Source of the DNA: Ignavibacteria bacterium
Lineage (GTDB): Bacteria > Bacteroidota > Ignavibacteria > Ch128b
NCBI GenBank assembly: GCA_049699815.1
Contig: JBNAWO010000003.1
Location: forward strand, 1-55,857
Reading direction: 5' to 3'
DNA: 55,857 nt
In this document: positions 37,552 to 45,095 of the stretch, one piece after another
Numbering within the stretch: position 1 is the first letter of the stretch
Layout of the letters: every line of letters starts with the position of its first letter
Made by a program: the position numbers and the translations under genes
The notes under the pieces: generated by a model
Database searches by the model: none
Told to the model about the DNA's origin: nothing
The model's input: only the letters and a program-made list of their open reading frames with translations

Positions 37552-40275
37552 TTAAAGTTGAAATCCAATACCAAGACGTATTTGTCTTGGTGATGAATAC
37601 ATTGCTGGATTTTTGATATACTCATCGATTGTATTTAAGCCAATTATTTCACCAGCATATTTAATATTCAAATCTGCTGTAGCTCTTCCAGTGGTTGCAT
37701 AAACGCCAACTTCATTTTTGATATCAAGGACATTGTAAATAATAGCGTATGTATAGAGATTTAGACCAAAGACTTTGAAGTATTTATCAGCTCTTAAATC
37801 GAGATTAATAAAGACTGGTTTTCTTCCACCATTTTCAAACCGCACACCACGAGATATTTTGATATCTTCGGTATAAGGAGTCCCTGAGCCATATTGGAAA
37901 ACTAAACCAGCAGACCAATTACCTGGTAAACCGACATTTACACTCAAATTCAAAGTATGTCTTTGATCCCAGTCAAGTGGAATTACTGTTTTCGACTCTT
38001 CAATTGGTGGATTTGTTTGATTGTAATTATAAACAGCATAAGGATCTGAAGCATTACCTTCAGCGATTTGGTAAGTGTAGTCTAACTTAGCACTAAAGTA
38101 ATTAGAGAATCTCTTATCCAGTGTAATTATTAATCCTCGAACATTTGCATAATCTCGATTAATGAATCGAGCATATTTAAAACCTTCATAAGTATTCACA
38201 ATCTCCATACCTAACCAGTTACGAATATCCCTGTAATAAATCGAAGCATTCAATGCGAGATCTTCCATTAAAACCTGCTGTAAACCTAATTCATAAATCA
38301 CATTTTTTTCTGCATTTAAATCTGGATTACCAATAATTGAACTTAAAGCATTACCAGGTTGAACAATGAAGTCAGGATTTGCATAAAGATTTTCAAAGTT
38401 TGGAATCTTGAAGAAATGTCCATAGGAGAATCTGATTATACCTTTATCAGTAATTGGGAAAGAAACTCCAAGTCTTGGACTTACTTGCATCTTTGGTTTA
38501 ACCTTTACCCATTCATTATAACCGGGGAAATTTGGATTTCGAGTAGGATTTCTTTTATCTGCCGGCATTTTAGCATTAGCATTGAAATAATCAAATCTCA
38601 CTCCAGCGTTTATAATCATTATGTCATATTCCATTTTATCTTGAATATATGCTGAGGCTTCGAAAGGAAATCTTGTGTATTCAATGTGAGAACCACGATC
38701 GGTGATTGTACCTTTATCAGGATAACCTGGAGTGAAAACTTTATTACCAAGACTATCTACAACTCCATCAGTCAAATTAATTAAATCTTTATAATGGTTA
38801 TAAATGTGATGATATCTTAATTCGAAACCTGCTCCAATTTTATGTTCTTTACTAACTTGGGAAGAAATTGACCATTGTGCAATATAAGATTTGGTGAAAC
38901 GAGTGTATCTTCCACCTTGATTTCCCCCTGATCTAAAAGTATAACCTGAGATCGCAATTCCCTGTCTTGGATCAACATATCTTGGATCAAACTCATCTTC
39001 ATATAAATAACCTTTGAAATTATAATTATTAAATGTGAATTTGAAACTCTGACTTGTGTTAGATGAAATGTAATGAGTTATCTGAAAATTATGAATCCAG
39101 TCATTACCATAATGGGTCATCATTCCATCCGGCGTCCAAGACCAGTAGTGATCATAATATTTGTTTCGTGTTTTGTCATAGAATATAGAATATGAAAATA
39201 CAATGGATGGCAAAGCATAAGTCAATTTCCCATTTGCAGAATATTTTGTGAATGGATTCATCGGAACATAGGCACCATCTCCTGTGTTTCGAGGAATCCA
39301 TATTGATTTATTCAAAGGATCAGGATAATAAGGAACATCATCCCAGGTATTATAAACTCTTTTGCCGTAAAGGTGACCGATATCGTCATAATAACGACCA
39401 GTTAAAAAATAATAAAGATTTTTAAAAGGTTTTACAGGTCCACTTATAGTTATTTGTAAATTTTTCTGAGAGATTCTATCAATTTTATCAAGATTTCTAA
39501 AAATATCAGTGTGAGATGTGACAAAATTTCCTGTATAAGCACTTATATCTGTTTTGAATTTATCAGAACCCCCTTCAGTAACAATATTTACAACTCCTGA
39601 AAGTGCCTGACCATATTCAGCATTAAATGTTCCAGTAATAATTTCCATTTGACGAATGGAAGTATTCTCAATTTCAATATTAAATCCACCATTAAAAGGA
39701 TCAGTAACCATTACACCATCAATTAAATACGCGACATCATTTGCACGACCACCACGAAAATGTCCATCTATTACTCCAGCTTGAAGATTTACAATTCTGT
39801 TGACACTTTCGACCGGCATCATTTTAATATCATCAGAAGAAATTGTCACAGAAGTAGATGTCAAATCTTTCTGAACAAGTGGTCTTTCGGATGTAACAAC
39901 AATTTCTTTTTCAAGCTGAATGACAGAACTTGTCATTTTAATATCGACACGGGTCGTCAAATCGATTTTAACAATTACATTTTCAACAATTGTTTTTTGA
40001 TAGCCAACAGCTGAAGCAATCAATCTATATTTACCTGGTGGGACATTATTAATGGAATAAAAACCGTCTACACCTGCAGCAGCACCAAAATATGTTCCTT
40101 CAATAATAACATTAGCCCCAATTATTGGTTCGTTAGTTTGAGCATCTGTTACTTTACCAACAATTTTACCTGTTGTACCGGCATTTAAATTATCTCCAAA
40201 TAAAATCAGAACCAGAAAAATCGAAGCTAATAATTTTAATATCTGATTCTCATTCAGCAAATTTTTTACTTTCAT
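37552..40275 (-). CDS. TonB-dependent receptor with an N-terminal CarboxypepD_reg-like domain
   Basis: 907 aa with a signal peptide, GKIVGKVTDAQTNEPIIGANVII, a plug region (VESVNRIVNLQAGV, FRGGRANDVAYLIDGV) and a long beta-barrel. Confidence 0.85.
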   Translation of the reverse strand: MKVKNLLNENQILKLLASIFLVLILFGDNLNAGTTGKIVGKVTDAQTNEPIIGANVIIEGTYFGAAAGVDGFYSINNVPPGKYRLIASAVGYQKTIVENVIVKIDLTTRVDIKMTSSVIQLEKEIVVTSERPLVQKDLTSTSVTISSDDIKMMPVESVNRIVNLQAGVIDGHFRGGRANDVAYLIDGVMVTDPFNGGFNIEIENTSIRQMEIITGTFNAEYGQALSGVVNIVTEGGSDKFKTDISAYTGNFVTSHTDIFRNLDKIDRISQKNLQITISGPVKPFKNLYYFLTGRYYDDIGHLYGKRVYNTWDDVPYYPDPLNKSIWIPRNTGDGAYVPMNPFTKYSANGKLTYALPSIVFSYSIFYDKTRNKYYDHYWSWTPDGMMTHYGNDWIHNFQITHYISSNTSQSFKFTFNNYNFKGYLYEDEFDPRYVDPRQGIAISGYTFRSGGNQGGRYTRFTKSYIAQWSISSQVSKEHKIGAGFELRYHHIYNHYKDLINLTDGVVDSLGNKVFTPGYPDKGTITDRGSHIEYTRFPFEASAYIQDKMEYDIMIINAGVRFDYFNANAKMPADKRNPTRNPNFPGYNEWVKVKPKMQVSPRLGVSFPITDKGIIRFSYGHFFKIPNFENLYANPDFIVQPGNALSSIIGNPDLNAEKNVIYELGLQQVLMEDLALNASIYYRDIRNWLGMEIVNTYEGFKYARFINRDYANVRGLIITLDKRFSNYFSAKLDYTYQIAEGNASDPYAVYNYNQTNPPIEESKTVIPLDWDQRHTLNLSVNVGLPGNWSAGLVFQYGSGTPYTEDIKISRGVRFENGGRKPVFINLDLRADKYFKVFGLNLYTYAIIYNVLDIKNEVGVYATTGRATADLNIKYAGEIIGLNTIDEYIKNPAMYSSPRQIRLGIGFQL

Positions 40276-40376
40276 AATTCTATCCCTGAATGATTTATAA
40301 TAATTTCAAGTTATATCTAATTTCAAACTTCAAAAAGCAGGAAGTTCAAATAAATTTTATATAAAATAACAGATGC

Positions 40377-40397
40377 CAGGCTGAGATTTTCAGCCTG
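40377..40397 (-). terminator. Hairpin after the 831-aa protein gene (possible terminator or attenuator)
   Basis: Stem CAGGCTGA (40377..40384) / TCAGCCTG (40390..40397) with a 5-nt loop. The downstream minus-strand sequence is T-rich, but not as an immediate run. Confidence 0.45.
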
Positions 40398-40428
40398 ACA
40401 TCAATTAAAAAATATCACACCAAAAGAA

Positions 40429-42924
40429 TTACTTAATTAACATCATCTTTCTTGTTTGATTGAATGTACTTCCGGTCAATCTGTAATAATAGACACCGCT
40501 TGTCAATTTGGATGCATCAAATTTGACTTTATAAAGACCAGATTGTAATTCGCCCTCAATCAAAGTCGCAATTTCTTTACCCAGCACATCATAAGCTTTT
40601 AAAGTTACATAATCATTTTTTGGCAGAGCAAATTGAATTTCTGTTGTTGGGTTAAATGGATTTGGATAGTTCTGATAAAGTGTATAATTCTTTACAACAA
40701 CATCTTCTCTTTCAACAGATAAAGGATCCCACAAATTACCAATCCAGGTAAATAACCATCTTGAAACATCACGCCAGGATTGATCCTCATTGTAAGGTGA
40801 ATAAGTAAGAATACCCTCTCTTTCTGGACCGTTATCTCTATCATTGATTGAGAAATCAATTGGAATCCTATAGCCTTCAACCGGGGTAAACAAATTATCA
40901 TTACCTAATGCAGCAAGTGCAGTCCAGGGGATTCTTGCTTCCACAACATAACCAGTTGGGAATTTTGGTCCAAAATAGTAGTTCGGTCCTATTGTATCGA
41001 GCACTCCACCTGGATTATCACCAAGAATTCTATCAACATAAAATCTTAAGTGATAATCTGGCTGAGCTCCTCTTTGATAATTTGTGTGTGGGATACCACG
41101 CCCGTTATAAAGACCAATAAACAAATCTGGGGCATCATCTAACCAAGTTTGAGAAGGATGACCAGAAGGAGCAAATACATCATCATTGATATCAAAAGCG
41201 ACATAAAGATAATTCTGATCTGCTGCAAGGTAAGCATTGACAGAAAGATCATTATCACCATTAATAGATGTATTGGCTACAATGTGTCCAGTTCCGTCAG
41301 ATGGGAACATTCTAAATGGTCTAATGTTTGACCATTCACTTAGGTCACCATCCGGATTAAATGTTGTAGTAGGTGCATTAGTAAGATTAATTGTTGCAAC
41401 ACCTTTTGCGGTATTTGTAACTGGTCCAGCGTTTGTGCTTACATCACTTTCATTTCCTGACGCATCAACGCAGGTAACAGCATAATAATAAGTTACACTT
41501 TGATTTGTATTTGGAGCAAAGAGCAGATGTTCAATTAATTGATTATTTTCAGCAACACCAAGTTTAACGACTTCAACACCAGGTGCATTAATATCAGTAA
41601 TTGGATTCTTGCTGTAATAAATATTGTACTTTTCACCTACTTCATTTGGAACATCCTGCCAGGTAATAATATTTTGAAAAGTTCCTTGAATTGCTAAAAC
41701 TCCCTGTGGTGGATTTGGTGGGATTACATCAAATTCGGGATTCCCTGTCCACCAATCTGTTATCCAAATTACCCTACCAGCAACACCAGAAGCTTGAGCC
41801 ATCAATCCAACAATATGAACCGAAGAAGAATCAAAATTGCTCGTATTATCTTGATATTCCATTTCTCTTAATGGGAAGTAATAAGTATGCCATTGACCGT
41901 CATCAATTGGCTGGAAAACTTTTCCAACTTTTCCAGGACCACCTTCAAATTGAATTCTGAGAGGACCAGTACCTGCTGGACATTTTAATTTAATCTGACA
42001 GGTATCTTTTTGCCAGGCACCTGCTAAATTAAATGGAGGATTAATATCCATACCCCATCCTGTCCAGCCGTTACCCCATTCATCACCTTGAGTCCATTTG
42101 ATTGCATTCGAGTTAGGAACAGGACCAGCACCTTTTACAACTTCAACAGCTGATTGTCCCCAAGCCCAGACATTTGCAATTTGACTGGGAAAAGTAATCC
42201 CATTGAAAATTACAGCCGGAACAGCTTTAAGACCAAATCTTCTGAATCCATCAAACATCACAACAAGTGAATCCGCAGGAAGATTTTGACCAGGAGTATA
42301 ACCTGCTGTCACTGCTGCGATGTTAAAGCCAACTATTTTATCAGCATCAAATTTTTTATTGTTCCAGAAAGAAGAACCACCCCAGTTTGCAGGGAAAATT
42401 ACAAATCCTTGATCGTTTGGATCTGTATTCCCTTCAGAATCAAGAATCTTGAGAGGAATACGCAATTCAACCCAATCTGTTGTTGCGTCTAAAATTACAT
42501 CCTGTTGATAAATCCATTCTTCAATATTTGATGCTGCAGTCGGGCGATCCTTTAAGTGAATTCTGAATACCATATTTGTCGGGATGGTTGGAGGTGTAAC
42601 AACTTTAATCCAGATTGCAAGTGAATCTGATATTGACCAATCCCATGGTAAAGAATCAACTGGTAAAGTCTTGATCAACTGAGCATAACTTCCCCACTCA
42701 TGATGAGCTCCAATAACAAATTTAACATAAGCGGAACCAGTACCCTCAACTTTATCAGTTGTATTTAATGAATAGTCAATTCGGCTTGGCGGACCTTCTG
42801 TAAGGAATTGCCAGGTATTGTCCTGCGATAGGTCTGTATCAAAGCTCTCGATTATATGGCTCTGAGCATATGTAATCGAGGCAAAGAACAGGACAAGAAG
42901 AAAAGTATTAAAGAGTTGTTTCAT
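40429..42924 (-). CDS. 831-aa secreted multi-domain putative glycan-binding protein with a T9SS C-terminal domain
   Basis: Signal peptide; an Fn3-like segment (YNIYYS...VTYYYAVTCVDASGNES); a CBM9/DOMON-like region (DGDLSEWSN...LYVAFDINDD...EARIPW). The C-terminus reads YTLYQNYPNPFNPTT. Confidence 0.65.
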   Translation of the reverse strand: MKQLFNTFLLVLFFASITYAQSHIIESFDTDLSQDNTWQFLTEGPPSRIDYSLNTTDKVEGTGSAYVKFVIGAHHEWGSYAQLIKTLPVDSLPWDWSISDSLAIWIKVVTPPTIPTNMVFRIHLKDRPTAASNIEEWIYQQDVILDATTDWVELRIPLKILDSEGNTDPNDQGFVIFPANWGGSSFWNNKKFDADKIVGFNIAAVTAGYTPGQNLPADSLVVMFDGFRRFGLKAVPAVIFNGITFPSQIANVWAWGQSAVEVVKGAGPVPNSNAIKWTQGDEWGNGWTGWGMDINPPFNLAGAWQKDTCQIKLKCPAGTGPLRIQFEGGPGKVGKVFQPIDDGQWHTYYFPLREMEYQDNTSNFDSSSVHIVGLMAQASGVAGRVIWITDWWTGNPEFDVIPPNPPQGVLAIQGTFQNIITWQDVPNEVGEKYNIYYSKNPITDINAPGVEVVKLGVAENNQLIEHLLFAPNTNQSVTYYYAVTCVDASGNESDVSTNAGPVTNTAKGVATINLTNAPTTTFNPDGDLSEWSNIRPFRMFPSDGTGHIVANTSINGDNDLSVNAYLAADQNYLYVAFDINDDVFAPSGHPSQTWLDDAPDLFIGLYNGRGIPHTNYQRGAQPDYHLRFYVDRILGDNPGGVLDTIGPNYYFGPKFPTGYVVEARIPWTALAALGNDNLFTPVEGYRIPIDFSINDRDNGPEREGILTYSPYNEDQSWRDVSRWLFTWIGNLWDPLSVEREDVVVKNYTLYQNYPNPFNPTTEIQFALPKNDYVTLKAYDVLGKEIATLIEGELQSGLYKVKFDASKLTSGVYYYRLTGSTFNQTRKMMLIK

Positions 42925-42959
42925 TGTTAACCTCTCTTTTTGTTTTTAGTTTTTGTTTT

Positions 42960-44588
42960 TTAATTCCAGAATGACCATAAAATTATTATAACAAACACAA
43001 TCACCATTGAAATTGCGAAATTCGAATTCAAAGACTTTAAATGACCAACTTTCCAAAAGTTTAGTCTTATCTCGGCAAGATTTTCTTTCATTGATGCTTC
43101 AATAATAGAGACAATTTGAGTTTTTTCGTTCGTTGAAAATAAATTCCCAATTTTGATTATAACAATTGAAAGTATGAACAGGAAAATTGAAAAGTGTAAG
43201 AAATTTATTTTAAGGATTGATGCTAAAATTGGATGTAAGACTATTCCATTATCGTAAATCAATTGAAGGACAAGTCTGAAAATTCCAATCGTTTCACCAA
43301 TTATTAAAGTTATAATAGCCGTCTTTGCACTCATCTTTTTTGAGAACAATCCAAATAGAAAGACAGCTGTTATTGGTGGACTGACAAAAGATTGAACACT
43401 TTGCAAGAAAAGATAAATTTGAGATGTAATCACTTTCACAAGTGGAACGATTAAAATCGCGCCAACAACTGCTGCAGTTGTAGACAATCTCCCGATAAGA
43501 ATCAGCTTTCTTTCATTGGCATCGGGATGGCGTAGTTTATAAAAATCATTTGTAAATAAAACAGAAATTGTATTAAAAACACCAGCAAGAGAAGACATAA
43601 TTGCAGCAAGCAAACCGGCAATAACAAATCCCTTCAAACCGTGCGGGACAATATCGCTATAAATCATTGCTGAGTAAGCGCTATCTCCTCTTGATTCTGG
43701 AAAGAGAACTGAAGCAAAAATCCCAGGAAACACAAGGATAAATATGGGAAGAATTTTTAATGCTGCTGCAAGAAGACTACCTTTCCTTGCCTGATCAATT
43801 GATTTTGCACTGAGTAACCTTTGTACAATGTATTGATCACTACACCAGTACCAGAAAGCAATAATAGGCGCACCAAATATAATTCCCGTCCAGGGATAAT
43901 CCGGATCAGACGCTTTCTTGAACATATTAAAGAAATCTGCCGGGACTTTTGAAGTTAGACCAGCAAAACCTCCAATTGCATTGAAGCCAGCAATTGACAA
44001 AATGAAAGCTCCAATTATTAAAATCAATCCTTGAAAATATTGAGTTCTAATGACAGCACTTGAACCACCAATAACGCTATAAAGCCCAGTAATCAAAACA
44101 ATTAAAATTGAAGAAGCATAAATGTTTAATCCAAATAAATCGTAGAATAGTAGTCCAGCAGCAAAGAGGGATACGAGAACTTTAGTGAATATGTAAATTA
44201 TTATTGAGAAAAGAGCAAAGAATTTTCTTATTCTTCGATCAAAAACTTTTTCTAAAAACTCAGGAACAGTAACTACACTTGTTTTAAAATAAATTGGTAC
44301 CAGAAACCAGCCTAAGAACAACAGAGTGAAGATTGCCATTAATTCAAATTGACCAACGGCAAGTCCTCTCAGAGAACCAGCACCAGCAAGACCTATAAAA
44401 TGCTCACTCGAAATATTAGTTGCAAAAATTGAAACTCCAACTATAAACCAGGGAATGTTTTTACCAGCAAGAAAATATTTTTCGTAATTATCATCATTTT
44501 TTTGTGAATAGTAAAATCCCAGACTCAATATGAGGATGAAATAAACAACGAGAACAATCGCATCTATGTAAGAAAATACTTCAAACAT
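42960..44588 (-). CDS. Sodium:solute symporter (SSS/SGLT family), probable sugar transporter
   Basis: 542 aa, polytopic, with an SSS-type N-terminus (YFLAGKNIPWFIVGVSIFATNISSEHFIGLAG). Confidence 0.85.
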   Translation of the reverse strand: MFEVFSYIDAIVLVVYFILILSLGFYYSQKNDDNYEKYFLAGKNIPWFIVGVSIFATNISSEHFIGLAGAGSLRGLAVGQFELMAIFTLLFLGWFLVPIYFKTSVVTVPEFLEKVFDRRIRKFFALFSIIIYIFTKVLVSLFAAGLLFYDLFGLNIYASSILIVLITGLYSVIGGSSAVIRTQYFQGLILIIGAFILSIAGFNAIGGFAGLTSKVPADFFNMFKKASDPDYPWTGIIFGAPIIAFWYWCSDQYIVQRLLSAKSIDQARKGSLLAAALKILPIFILVFPGIFASVLFPESRGDSAYSAMIYSDIVPHGLKGFVIAGLLAAIMSSLAGVFNTISVLFTNDFYKLRHPDANERKLILIGRLSTTAAVVGAILIVPLVKVITSQIYLFLQSVQSFVSPPITAVFLFGLFSKKMSAKTAIITLIIGETIGIFRLVLQLIYDNGIVLHPILASILKINFLHFSIFLFILSIVIIKIGNLFSTNEKTQIVSIIEASMKENLAEIRLNFWKVGHLKSLNSNFAISMVIVFVIIILWSFWN

Positions 44589-44617
44589 AAAAGATATTTT
44601 TAGTCATTTTTGACTAA

Positions 44618-44633
44618 GTCAATTTTAATGCCA
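44618..44633 (-). promoter_or_regulatory. Candidate -24/-12-like (or -35) promoter element upstream of the SSS symporter gene
   Basis: The minus strand reads TGGCATTAAAATTGAC, with GG and TTGA at sigma-54 spacing but GA instead of GC. Its 3' end is 30 nt from the ATG at 44588. It shares GG.ATTAA..TTGACTT with 47458..47473. Confidence 0.35.
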
Positions 44634-44967
44634 TCCCTAATCACAAGATAAATTCGAAAATCAAAGAATAATCAAAGAGACTTCAACTGAAAATTACATC
44701 AATTATAATTTTGATAAACTGAATTTATTAAATTGATAAAGCACCTGATTAAACCTGGCTAAATTCAAAAAAGGATAAGCCGAACAACCCTCCCATTGAA
44801 TTTGAAAAATATTAATAATTTCCCGGAAAGATTTGTTCAGCTAATCCAAATTTCGTCAAGTGCGTCCCTAATTTTTTGACCAGTAAATCAAGTTAAAAAA
44901 AAATCTTTCGTATTATTATCCACATATTCATTTAAACAAGCATTCCTGTTGTGAAAGCAACAACCTT

Positions 44968-45010
44968 ATTTCTATTAACCATAGAAATTTTATACTTAAC
45001 AAATTTCTAT
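44968..45010. repeat. Nested inverted repeats built from ATTTCTAT
   Basis: ATTTCTAT (44968..44975), ATAGAAAT (44981..44988), ATTTCTAT (45003..45010). The outer pair extends to 10-bp arms, ATAGAAATTT / AAATTTCTAT. Confidence 0.55.
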
Positions 45011-45095
45011 TTCGAGATACAATCATTCATTATTACCATTTTCAATTAAGTTAATCGAGAAATAGAAAAGTCAATTATTAGACATTGATTTCTTA

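Noticed and set aside
40374-40391. TGGCAT on the minus strand upstream of the TonB receptor gene, considered as a sigma-54 -24 box
   Set aside because: The -12 position reads ATTT rather than TTGC/TTGA, and the TGGCAT is part of the hairpin stem that follows the 831-aa protein gene.
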